A DNA stretch of 64,000 nt, from positions 2,277,355 through 2,341,354 of the forward strand of contig NC_134030.1 in assembly GCF_964204645.1 (NCBI RefSeq), in the 5' to 3' direction. The notes beneath the pieces are model-generated. The model saw nothing but the letters and a program-made list of their open reading frames with translations, made no database searches and was not told the origin of the DNA. Below are positions 25,801 through 38,361 of the stretch, in pieces (the stretch's first letter is position 1; each line of letters begins with the position of its first letter). Origin of the DNA: Tubulanus polymorphus. Lineage: Eukaryota > Animalia > Nemertea. Made by a program: the position numbers and the translations under genes.

Positions 25801-28800
25801 GGTAAGGATGAACTTAACATTGTTATTGAAAGTGATTTGTTTTTAAAAACTTGAAGAATGAAATCGTCATTTGTTTTGAGAATTCCTTTAGAAGTGCTGT
25901 CTATCATCTGGGGCCAGTTGCACAATCGCGCAAAGTTGTGCAATCTCTTAAAGCGGATCTTAAGTTGTTAGATTGGCTATAGAACTTAGATAGTCTTAGA
26001 CTGGTCTTAAATCTAGTTTAGAATACTTAAACGTGTGATGGGAAGTCAAAACAAGAAAAACATAAATTGATTTTTCAGACGACTGAACTGCCATATCCTC
26101 ACGGTACTTGTAAACATGGCGTCGCTCCGTTGGAAACGTGTTTAAGACAATGTCACATTAGAAAAGCTGCCGATGTTTGTCAGTGTTTGCCTTATTACGC
26201 GGAACAAAATCTATTCGATGGATTGCCTTATTGTAGCATGATCAAAAACCGTGACTGTATGCAACTAGAACTGTGTACGCTTTATTCATTCAAACATTTA
26301 TTCATATTTCTATCTGTTCAACTATGTAAAGCTACACTTGAACCTCCGTAACGTATCTCCATGAATCGCTGAATAACCATCAGATCAGATTTATAAATCG
26401 CGTGCAAAGTGAAACTAAACGATTTGTGTTATGTACTTAGCAACGACACAGTAAAAATAGAACGATTTTAGTAGAATACACAAAATCAATATTCTGTCAG
26501 TCTGTTAAACTTCTTTTGAATCTCCATAACAATTTCACCATGAATCACTAATTGTAATCATCGCTATGTTTTACTATCAGAACAGATACATTTGTACACG
26601 GAACTTCGGACATAGTTACTATATGATTTGCATTAACATCACTGTGTTCAAAGTTACAGTAAAATAGAAAAAGTTTGGTAGATTAACAAGTTTTAGATTT
26701 AATTTCATTAAATGTTTTTTTTGTTATTCATTTCAGCCGAAGTAAAACGGAATTCATCAATTTGTAATTCACAATGTTCAATTCCTTGTCAGAAAATCTC
26801 ATACGAATCGCAAATCAGTTATTCGTCGCTATCGTCTTATATGGCTAAAACAATATCGGCTAAATACAGTCATGAAGAAACTCTGGTCTCCGACTATCAG
26901 ACTTCAATGGACGCCATTCATCGGGTCGACCCGAAAATAAAAACCCAAGACCTTGAGATAATCTCACAATTCAATAACGATTTGGTCTGCGTTAAATCAC
27001 AGATAAATGATTTGGTAACATTTTTGAAAGGTAAATATGATAGAGTCGTTGATGCGTCAATTGATGTTTATGACGCGTTATGGACCATAGTCGACGAATT
27101 GGAAACAACCAAGAAAAACTATATGAAAGTATCAGCGGTTGATCGAGTTGAACCGATGATTCTAACTCCGTTAGCCGAATTCAGACAAGCCTTAAAGTTA
27201 GAAGTTCCAGTGCTGTTAGATGTGATGCGAGATTATTTGCTATCACAAACAGGAACGAGAGATGAATATCTGGAGAGCTCCGAAAATGTATTCGATATTT
27301 TTGAACGAGTTTCCGACGTTCAACTCCGAGTTTATAATGAATTCAATGACGTCTATTTGAATTTGGTGGAAGAAAACGGAAAATCAGAAGACGCCGACCC
27401 CATGAGGCGTTTTCCTGCTCAGTTATTATCTGACGAACTTGGAAAGATTAAAGAAACTCTGGACCAACTATCGGATAGGACTGACGCTATGGCCGCGGGT
27501 TCAAAGACAACTACTGAGAAAATCCAGGCTTTCGACTCTCAACCACCGACCGCGTACGAATGGACAGAGTTTGAAAATTCGATTCAAAACTACACGAAAT
27601 ACGCGAGCGATATCGGCGAAACAGCTTTAAACCTTTACGATCAACTCGGGAATATTCTTACCAAAGTGCAAAACATGGTGGCTAAAACTAACACTCATCA
27701 GTTAGCTATAGACTTCGCCTACACTAAATTGCTGAATGCTCTAGAAGAGATTCAACCAAGTCAACCCGATCTACCCATTGATATTGATATCGATCTGAAA
27801 ATAACGATGGACAAAGCGGACAAAAACTTCATGCGACCTTTTCAAGATGTTACCAACAACGGTGACGTCATAGGTAGAATGACAGACGTTCTAGAAGCGT
27901 GTGAGAATATGTATTATATTGATGACTTGCTGTGGGATCTGAACGCATTCTTAACGAATGACTTTCCTAAAATCACCTCGGCCTATCAGGAACTTAAAAA
28001 GTAACGTATATTAAAATTTGTATTCACTTGAGTTTCATTTTTCCCATGTAACAATGCTGTTTTCTGGCTTTCGGCAATTTTGAATTAAAAAATCCTAAGG
28101 TTAGAAAATCAAGATCATTATTCTTTCATTTAACGTTTATCAGCTACTGAATCTTTGATACAGGGCTTTTCAATCCGCTGATGTATACTTGAATGATAAA
28201 GTACTTTCGACATTTCCATCAACAAGTGAAATAGTAACTCGAATCATGCCGACAATAGAAAGCCACGTTAGCAAAACCAAAGCCCAATCTAAACGCGTTA
28301 TCGAAATGGCTCGTGAGCTGAAGTCAAAGCACAGAAAAGTAACTGAATCAAGAATTAAACTGATTGAACACATGGCAGAATTCAACGAATCGATACAAAT
28401 CGATGACTCCTTCATCCAGTAAGCGAGAGTTGGGGATATTTCAAAAAGCAACAAAATTAAAATCTACTAGTTTTCTCTTGATTAAGACCTGTCTCATTTC
28501 TTCCTCAATTCAACTTTCAGGAACAATTTTGTTTATGTGAACGTATTCTTAAGAACGATGGAAATTCAGAAATTGTCGAAATCGAAAGCGTACTCTTGGT
28601 TCTCATTGGTTTGTAAGTAACAAGAACAAATAAACATTTCTTTCTTTTCTATTAGGTTTAGTAAATATACACCAATCAGTGATTGATATCATCTCTACGT
28701 TGTTATCTATATATGAAATGCATGACCAATCAGTGATTGAAGTTAACTTCCGATTGTTGAATACATATTTGATTCATGTTTCATGGTTTATTGAAATTAA

Positions 28801-29276
28801 TCTATTTTACGATTCAATTCAGTTTTCATTAGAACTATATTCGAGTAATAAACCATTGGATAAAGAGAATCCCAAACTCAAAAAAGGAAAACGAGACCAA
28901 AAAGGTTTTGTTAAGTTAATGATTCATTTTCCACCTTTTGATTATATCAGATATTTTCATGAATATTGAGATGAATATTGAAAAGTATCCGATATATAAC
29001 CATTAACTAAAATAAACCATTTCTTTCTTGTTTTACTTTGCTGAGTTTGTGATTTTCTATGTTATATTTGAGTAATATTTGATGTTGTATTGAACAGGTG
29101 ATATTGGTGGAACTGCCGGATTGTATCTCGGTGCGTCTTTACTGGCGCTCGTTGAGGTTTTATTTTTCGTCGGGAATCAAGTGATCAATTCATTCACGCG
29201 AGCCGGAAACAAACCGAACGAAGTTAACCAACATCCGGACTATGTTGTGAGAAAGACCCAGGTGATCGCCATGTAA
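22833..29276 (+). CDS. DEG/ENaC (ASIC-like) ion channel with a large extracellular insertion, copy 1, about 911 aa
   Basis: Exons 22833-22954, 24333-24506, 24803-25074, 25620-25801, 26079-26274, 26737-28000, 28164-28418, 28521-28612, 29098-29276 sum to 2736 nt in frame. Motifs FANETNFHG, TM1, FPAVTICNTN, TDYGLCYSFN, GLRVLVHD, Cys-rich thumb, TM2 CDIGGTAGLYLGASLLALVE. Confidence 0.92.
23875..23981. mobile_element. Short MITE (CCAGTTCCACAG family) with CTG TSD, nested in another repeat
   Basis: TIR CCAGTTCCACAGTT / AACTGTGGAACTGG. The host repeat at about 10795-10930 shows the empty site GAACTGATTAC. Related ends at about 46100, 48255 and 54750. Confidence 0.7.
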
Positions 29277-32200
29277 AACTCAAACTGATAAATATATTTA
29301 CGATAATAAGTTATATGCGAACCATCAGTAGATTGCGCCTTTCCTGCCCTCTGCGCCACTAGGACCGCTGTAAATATTTCACCGAGATGACAATCAAGGA
29401 AGTAACGATGAGACCGCTGTAAATATTTCACCGAGTTGAGAATCAATGAACTCGCTGGGACTCGAGCTGTTGGGACTGATGAAAATGTTTCACCCCGGTT
29501 GACAATGGAATAGACTGAAAGTTGTTTCTACTAGATTCTAGTAAAATTCACTGACTTGTGAACGAAGAATAGGACCCGCTTTCAGAAATAAAAACGTCAC
29601 GATTAATTGACGGCCAATATGACGTGTATTAACAATTCGTGAAGCATCCTGTGGGTAATGTAACGTGGATTGTGACGATATACTTGAAATTATTATATCT
29701 TATCATGGTTTTTGTCGCTTTGTAGTCTAAACCGACCATGTATTTCATTTTCATATTTTTCTAGTTTTAATCGCTCGAATAAAGAATATGATAATAGAAA
29801 TATAAACATGTATTTTGTACATATGTCTTTCCTATAGTCTGGACAGTTACCGTATTATCTGTTGGGGTTTCGGTGTCTCGAAATTTCGAGACATTGGGAT
29901 TTGATAGAATACTAAATTTTGTTAATTATGTATTTGTCATAAAAGTATTCTTCTTTGGCAATAAAGTTTACGCGTGGCGGTGCCTGAGTTAAAGCTTAAG
30001 ATAATTTAGTGAAATTCAACTGAAGGTTTAATGAGATAGGAAACGAAGAAACTTAGGCGGGCCTATCCAGGATTTGGGACCAGAGATGTGGGGCTAATCG
30101 TAGAGCGGAATCCTTCCGTCTGACGTAATGAAAAACAAATCTAATTAGGAATTTATTTACACTCCAACCATTTCCATAGAAAAATAATATTTACACAATT
30201 ACAAAAAAAACCATTATGAGTTTTCCGGTTTGCTCGGCTACCCGTACTGGCGGGGTAGTCTAGAGAGGCTAATGAAAACCCCGGTTTGCTGAACCACCCC
30301 TCTTTGCGGGGATGCGGTATGATGTTTGATCTGGCAGTTTCAAGTGGTTAATGGCTGGTGCTTACAACGATGCTTATTACTTCGTGGTACTAATACGCTC
30401 ACCGCGTGGGCTTCGTAGAAAGACCACTACCTGTGGTGGCCTTCCCAAATTTTAATTGTCCTGTCCGATTTGGTTTCATCCAATTGAGAGACTGCCTTTT
30501 CCAGTTAGGGCATTTTTGGATCACGTCACTCCAGGAAATGACTTAACGCTTTTGGGCCCCTTCGTCGGTTCCACATGTTTCATTTGAGCTATAGACCACA
30601 ATGGTGACACCATGATGGTCAGTAACTGACCAATTGAGATATCCCCGAGTCTGAACACTTGACTTCGAATTTCGGAAATTTATCATGTAATGTTTGTTTT
30701 CAAACTACTAAGGAATCATCATTGCAAATTCATCACTGACCACCAATGACCAATTCAAACTTCTCGAATATGAAAACGATATACCGCGTTATGGTGTCAA
30801 ACTAGAAAGGATTCGCCATTGAAAATTCATAAATTGACCATCACTGACCACCACTGACCAATTGAAACTTCTTGAAAGAACGATATACCGGTACCGCTTT
30901 TGGTGTGAAACTAGAAAGGATTCGCCATTAAAATTCATAAATTGACCATCACTGACCACCAGTGAAACTTCTCAAATATCGTGGTCGAATTCGAAAGTGC
31001 TTGTCGTCGTATTGCTATTTCTAGAAACCAGCAGAAAGTTTTGCTACTGGTTTTGAATGGCGTTGATATGATGGAAATTTATTACCCATAAATGGGTTAC
31101 ACGTCTGGATCACAGCACCTCACTTGCCGCAGTGCGTTATTTTCACTGCATAGTAATGCTAATACATAAACTTTTTTACTACTTGACTCGAATCATCTGA
31201 ACAGTACTGCGTTTGAAAACTCAACGAATAGAAAATGTTTGCGGGATGCGCCTACAAATAAGTTATAATAAGATTAATTAATCGATGCATGAAAAACAAT
31301 TAAATCACAAGGTGACTAACACCCGTCTTTCACACCGTACTGTATCTTTGTACTGTATCTTTTTATTTTCACTACTACCGTAATTGACTATGATGTTTTC
31401 AAGTGGTCGAGGAGTATGGATGCTAGTTAACCGGGTGGCAAACACTTGAGATCGGCCGTCCCACTTTTACAGTATCTTGTTTAAAATGTTTTGAGTGAGC
31501 GAGGTTGGCTCACAACAGAAAAGCAGGTCACACACAGTAAAATTTGACAAATTCATAAAAGTTTTCATATCAAGTTCTAAACTAATTTTAAATAATCTAG
31601 TCATAGTGGGAATGAAAAACTGATGCTAGCGATCTTTTTTTGTAGAGATAGGGCCAAGATTAAAAATTTTAGAGACATTTCAAATTTTTTGAAAATCGTC
31701 AATTTTTATCCGATTTCGATGAAATTAGGACACAACATTGATGGTAGATAGCTAAACAAGTGTACGAAATTTCAGACTGATCCATTGACCATAGAAAAAG
31801 TTTTGATGTTGCCTTGGTACAATGAATGAGGCTATGTTTTGTTTATGTATACTGATGACTATAGGTATCAAATTACTGTTAATGTGCTCTGTGAGCTACA
31901 CTAATTCACTGGATAACTCCTCCCTCTATGTCATTCAAAGATTCAAATTTTGAAGGAAATACCAACTAAAAAGCTTAATTTCTCGTAGAGGAGGGCCTAA
32001 AACATATTTTTGACTGCAGAAATGAATATATTACACATTAATACATATGTCTCACAAAAAGGAGGGTCCATATCGGATAACTGACAGAGAAAATAGGAGA
32101 ATTCCAGTTTCAGCCGTTGGAGCTCTCCACTGCACTATTGCTTCATGGGTACTGCCATCTTTGACATTGATTGGGCTTTTATACCGCTAATAGCCGAAAG

Positions 32201-32402
32201 TCGTTGATTTATGTGAAATTTACATACAGCGCCACCCGTTGATAGTAAAACTAACCCGAGCAATACGGGTGTTAAGTAGATACGCTAGCAAACCGGCATT
32301 CTCATAATGCAGGAAATTATAGTATTTTAAAACACAACAAACGTTATTTACACCATACTATTTATTATATACATACTATTGGAGGTATATGGGTAAATCA
32401 TT

Positions 32403-32796
32403 ACCGTAAGGTGCTGCCGCTATGCTCATCGTTTGCGGATTTTTCATACACTAACATAAGTCGACCCTGGCAAGTTCAACTCACTGCCCACTGCACCGTA
32501 CAGTGCTGCCACTACGTTCATCTTTAGCGGATTTTTCATACACTAATGTGAACAGATTCATCGCTTATCCTTGATTTTCATGATAGCAAGGTTGTTCACC
32601 AATTTAAGCTTTTCTTATCAGAAATACATAAATCATCCAGATCTTTCGTTATAAAGCGCGAAAGAATGTCACTACAGTCGGTTCTTGATATAGTTACATC
32701 AAAGGCAGTGAAGCAGCACACATTGACTGCCAGGGTATGTTCCTGTTAGTGTATGAAAACTCCGCTATCGATAAACATAGCGGCAGCACCTCACGG
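32403..32796. mobile_element. Inverted-repeat element related to the PECR/caspase promoter repeat
   Basis: CCGTAAGGTGCTGCCGCTATG...TTTTCATACACTAACA / TGTTAGTGTATGAAAA...CATAGCGGCAGCACCTCACGG. Confidence 0.6.
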
Positions 32797-33833
32797 TGTA
32801 ATAAATATTCGTATTTGTATTCGTATTCGTATTCGCATGGTCTCGCGGCCGGTGCCTAGTCGGGATTCGGATCGGAGTTTTTTGGGGTTTTGTACATTTT
32901 GTTAATTTCTTAATTACAACCCTGGTCACTCAATATTCTCTTATTACTGCCCCACTCTCTAAATTTCTTTTATCCTTTATTTCCACGATAACCAAAAGGC
33001 CAGAAAACTAATATGAATGGAATTGGAGAAATATATTTTGCTTAGAAATGTTCTTTAAAAATCTGTAAAAGTGGGGATGAAGTCGACGGAAATATCAGAA
33101 CAAAAGACTGAAAATTGTCGTCGAATTTCTCTATACAGCAAACTAATTCTTAATGAATTTAAGTTTGCGATCAAATTCTTGTAATACATGTATAGCAAAG
33201 AATATGCGACCTCCCTCGAGGGGTTAGATAAATAAACGACTGTATTTTAACGAGTTGTAATTGCTCGTTGTTGATTTTTCGTGCGGTTGTCTTGAAGCCA
33301 AGTTAAATATGTATATACTCTAAAAGCAAGATGTCTAACGCGTTTTTCTCTATTTCGGAGAAAATACTGAGATATTTTATTCAAGGTCCGCTATGAAGAG
33401 TGTGAACCATGTTTTCGAAGTTATTAGAAATAGTTGTAAAGGAATTCTCAATGTCCGGCCACCAGTGAGAGTTGAGTTTTGATAGGATTGGTGTAATCAT
33501 GACTACATGGGATAACAGCGACAAGGAACGAAAAGTTCTGCTATTTGTAAGTGACGATCTCTTCTCCGCACAATAGAGTAATAAAGTAAGTAACCAAGTC
33601 ATGTGTAGAAAAATTTAAGGAAAAATATATCAAGATTGACAGTTTTCAATAGTTTATACTGTCATGGAAAGATGGCATCTTTATGCATTGAGAGACGACT
33701 CGTTTCTTTTCAGTTCTAAACTAAAAACAATTTTGTGTCGATCTAATGTTGATATTTAGGAACATTTCATGAAAAACCCCAGTTTTCGTAATGGAAAAAC
33801 AAACAAAAAAATTATAGAATTAGAACTTTTAGT

Positions 33834-34158
33834 AGAACGATGACCACACTCAAACGTGGTGAACGGATAATAAGATAAAATCCCACTATTTACAGATTAA
33901 AAGAATTTAAAAACCAGAATTTATTTATTAAATCTAAAATATTTAAAAGTACTAAACACTAATTATTTACTCACTCACCAATTTACTCAATTAACCTGTC
34001 CTCCTCTGTATATATACCCCTGTTTTTAGTCTATTTCTCACACTGACGATGATCTCTAGGGTGAGATCGAAACGTCGTGTCTTTTAAATATTTTAGATTT
34101 AATAAATAAATTCTGGTTTTTAAATTCTTTTAATCTGTAAATAGTGGGATTTTATCTT
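33834..34158 (+). mobile_element. Family-B palindromic retro-insertion with hammerhead motif (Penelope pLTR-like)
   Basis: About 80-bp inverted arms plus an unpaired tail. TATATATA at about 34008, HHR core 34043-34076, AATAAA at about 34101. TSD ATTAGAACTTTTAGT at 33819 and 34159. Confidence 0.85.
34043..34076 (+). ncRNA. Minimal type I hammerhead ribozyme motif
   Basis: CUGACGA-U-[GAUCUC uagggu GAGAUC]-GAAA-C-GUC: conserved core, 6-bp stem II, palindromic ACGU in place of stem III. Confidence 0.75.
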
Positions 34159-37100
34159 ATTAGAACTTTTAGTTTTGCAAGTTCAGTTGTTTATTGCAGT
34201 TTGAGTTGGAGTCTCGTAACTTTTTGATATCGTCAATCACATACAAGAAAATTGAAAGGAATTTTATGATCGTGAATTATCTGACATTTTCACCCAATAA
34301 TCAATAAATTCCAGCTCACAAATTCTCGGCGCCCGGTAAATTGAGGCTAAATAAGCGTTAAATATCAGACGCCATTCGATCAGATATTGTATTGTATTCG
34401 TAGACATTGAAGAATCCACAAATGACAAGAAACAATGAAATGATTTCTGCGAGTTCAGTCTATACTGATTAATTAACGAGGAATTAATATAATAAATCAA
34501 TTAACATATTATCAGATTTATAACTCGAGGTATCGAATCTTGTGTTCATCCGGTTACGTAATTTCAAACATTATTCATATTGTTCTTTAACTATTTGTGT
34601 ATAGGGTTCATTGTTCGGATTGTTTACATTATCATAAAACGGCTGAAGTTATCTTCATAAAACGTCTGTCGTTTGGATTACGAGGATTAAGATTGATATT
34701 AGTTTTGTAAGCCGGAGCCTGGTACATTATATATTTACTGGGAAAGCATTTCTCAATCCAGAGCTCGGATATAACCGCGTGAGATAGATAGACAGTTTGA
34801 ACTCACAGCTTTTACCAAGCAAATAAATACGAGGTAGGTTGAGTAATAATCTGATGTATTCTCGAATATTTTGATGATATTTCAGAGTTTATTTATCTGA
34901 ATGTTTTCTCAGAGAGAAACAGTAATGAATGTTAGAATTTATATCGATATCATCATTGACTCGAGTCAACTCGAGACCATCAATGGCACTTCCATCGTTT
35001 TATCAAGTCGATGATCTATGAGAAATTATCTTCAGGATCTGGCGTGAACTCTACCCTGATAAATAGTTAATATCCAATACACTCAGACGTGAAAAACGGA
35101 TAATGATACGATTTAAACCAATTATATACAAATTTGAAATTCAAATTTGAAAATGCTGATAAATGAATTGTTTTCTTTTGAATTCGTGTATATATATATT
35201 CTATAGGTTTTAATGACAATGATGAATTTTCACCATGAACACATTTTATCTATCGTTGGTATTCATTCACAAATCTTTCTTCCGTTCTATTCCATCATTG
35301 GCATTTATTGTTACCGGTATTTTTCACTCACGAGATGGTGTTTTTTGTCGATGCATTTGGCAAATGAAATTTCTTTTATTAATGTATAAGCTACGGCTGT
35401 TGTCAAGGTGCTATATCCGATAAACTCTAAACTGCGGTTTATTTCCTCCGAATTGCAATTGTTCTAGCATCATACAGTTTTTACGTATAAACAACCAACA
35501 TTGACTAATTGACTCAATTTACCCCTGAAGGCTCGAGATAAACCGATCTATGATAAAGCGACGAGTTGTATTCGAATGTAATCTCCCACAGAAATCGTAG
35601 TAAATTACTGAGCCAGAAAAACTAGACACGGATCCAAATATACAGTAATTTGATAAAATAAAATTCCACAATAGAAATGAGGAATGAACTTCCAAATGTT
35701 TCCCTGAGCGAATTTTAGTTTATTTCATTGCTCTGAATATGAGTTACCTTTAGGAGCACTGGTGATATAACAAAATGATGAGCTATCCAATCAAGGAAAC
35801 ATTTTTGACTCTGAGTCTAATTGTGTTTAGCCAAAACGTTGCTCAAATTATATACACTTCTATTCAAGAATTTTTCATCTTCGACTGAATCATTGTGGGA
35901 TTTCTCTCGTCATTTTGGACTCTATTTTTCATTCTGTTTGTGGGGTTTTGTATTATATTTTCAACTCGGACTCAGTGTTTCATCAATGGTTAATACGCCT
36001 GTAAATTGCCATTATAACCGGCTATGCCACCATCTCTTACAGAACTAATAAATAACCAGGTCAAATATTAAACTTTGGTAAATATTGCGAAGGATGTGAC
36101 GTGTTTGACTTTCTTTGTAAAGGTCGATTGGGTGGAGAGAGGTTGTTTTAGTTGAAAGGTTCGCCACGGAAAGGTTTGTTTAGTTTTAATGTCGGTTGTA
36201 TGGGTGCTCGTGTGCCCGCGTTAAGGTGACCTCGGAGTTCATTGTCCCCGTTACAAAATTGTTTAGATTGGGTGCAGTGTCGGGGACAATCCGAGGCTGA
36301 TTCTTGTTGATAGAGTTCCCGCGATAATTCGACTGATGTAGAACTCAATTTGAATTCTACACATGATTTACTAAAAGAATAGTCTGGATTATAATAATCA
36401 ATAACAAGTCATTAGTACAATGCTCCACTAATGACTTAAAATTTTTCTTAAAATCCATGAAAATAAGCAGTTTTCCAGGTTATCATGAATATCTGAAGGA
36501 AGAGAATGTGTTAGGTTGACCCAGGATGATGTCAGCACATAAATGATCATACGGATGAAATTCACACTATGATGATATTGTTTGACGTGTGCGGTGAACA
36601 CGGAAATGGGAATCTAACCACAGTTCGGGTCGCTGCGAAACTGTCACATCGCAATCAGTGACAATTTAATAAACATCAAACAGATCTCAGATAACGAGTG
36701 GACGTAGATTTAATGAGACTATTGTCTCGACGATTAGAAATGTTATAATAAGACTTCCTTAGCCGCTGGTGGTGAGCAGCTGAGGGATATGGATGACAAG
36801 TAAAAGTCAAAGATTCTGTTACAATAGCCGCACCAGGCCTGGGGTTAGATTTAATAATATTTGTTGTATTTAGAGGATTGTATAGATTGACTGTAAGCCC
36901 ACGGGCTGTGGCATTCTATGACGTGCGCAGATATTTAACAACTAATCTTTTCAATGCGGTTGTGAATTAACGTTTATATGAGAATTTTTGTGACATCTTG
37001 TTAGCAGTATTTGCCGATAGTCAACTTCTCTGTATCGCGAATTCACGCCACTTCGTCCCCTTACTGTTCGTCAATTAGGTCTATAGAGCCGTTAATTCAC

Positions 37101-38184
37101 TTCAATCCACAAATATAAAAAGACTTCGCAATACACCGAAAATTATAGATATTTTCAGCAGTCTGGCTCGATACTCCAGAGTCTTTCCCTTTAAACAAGT
37201 CACATGTTACATGTTAAACAAACAAAGATTGACAAAATTCATTTTCGTACCGAATATAATCTATATTTACACGATTTGTATATTTCTAGTACCATAGATA
37301 GACACTTCATGCCCTAGTAAAGTGTTAAGGTTAGGTATTTAAAGACCGGGCGTACCCTCACTCGTGATTACACCAGTTAATATTTGATGTACTGTAGTTG
37401 TTTAATGATTTTCTGGTGTTATACAAAAAGTACACTTAATAGTGTCAACTACTGGTGCTTAGCGTCATAAAGTCACTACACACGGCGAATTACTTCGTAA
37501 TCAACTTTAACGAATGCATAGAGTGCCCAATAGAGTGACATTCGGTAAAGTTTTGATGGATTTGGTTCATTTTCGGTTAAATCATTTAATAAGCGTCATT
37601 AAGATATGTTGGGAGTTGTAGAGAGGTTGCAATATTCAGTAAACGTGAAGACTGATTTTTGTGTGAAATGACAAGCTTTCGCTGCTAGTGCTAAGATAGT
37701 TTCATCAGGTAAATGAGTAAACAGGTACCGTGTAGATGTTATTAGGTATTACTCGTTTCACTACCAGTGTATAGAAGCTTCATCGGATAAATTAATGCCA
37801 ATTATGAATGATACAATAGTTTAGGCAAATTGAGATTCCGTAAACACTGAACAACCCTGTTTTAGATAGTTTTAAAATTCAGACCACCTGTTCAACTGTT
37901 CTACGCATAACAGAATTGACATAAATCCGAAATTGATGATTTATTAGCTTGTATATTGTTACGTAATCAGTTATCACACAGAACGATCTGTTATCTTGCG
38001 TTTTAAACGACGGGATTAGAATTAGGTGAATTTCTGTATAGAGTCGACGGATTATCTCTACAGGTATTTGTTAGGCGTCCCGTGGATTAAGATTCCCTAT
38101 AATCCGCAGCGCAATCTGCTCTAAGAGTTTGATGACACCGCGTCAGACAATCTTCGTTCCCGAAAAAATAATCTTCAAAACGCC

Positions 38185-38361
38185 TGACGCATGCGCAGTG
38201 AATACGCGGTGTCGGTACGACGCATGCGCAGTTTGAGTGAAACTCGGTGCAGACGACAGACGATCGAAGGAACTATCGTCACTTGTTCATCAGAAACACG
38301 ACAGGATTTTATCATAAGTCTTTCATTGCATTCTGTTCTGAACATCGAAATATTGAAGCCG
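38185..38361 (+). promoter_or_regulatory. Probable promoter and non-coding first exon
   Basis: GACGCATGCGCAGT twice (NRF1-like GCGCATGCGC), local CpG enrichment, then donor CCG|GTAAGT at 38361/2. Confidence 0.55.

Noticed and set aside
28679-28969. Similar ORFs in both channel genes (also 55253-55489)
   Set aside because: Duplicated intron sequence with non-ATG starts and different stops; no coding evidence.
30236-30268. Hairpin followed by CTAG (Helitron 3' end)
   Set aside because: Spacing is atypical and no 5' terminus or second copy was found.
31317-32274. Possible DNA transposon with TAACACCCGT TIRs
   Set aside because: Only a 10-bp match, with no TSD or transposase trace seen.
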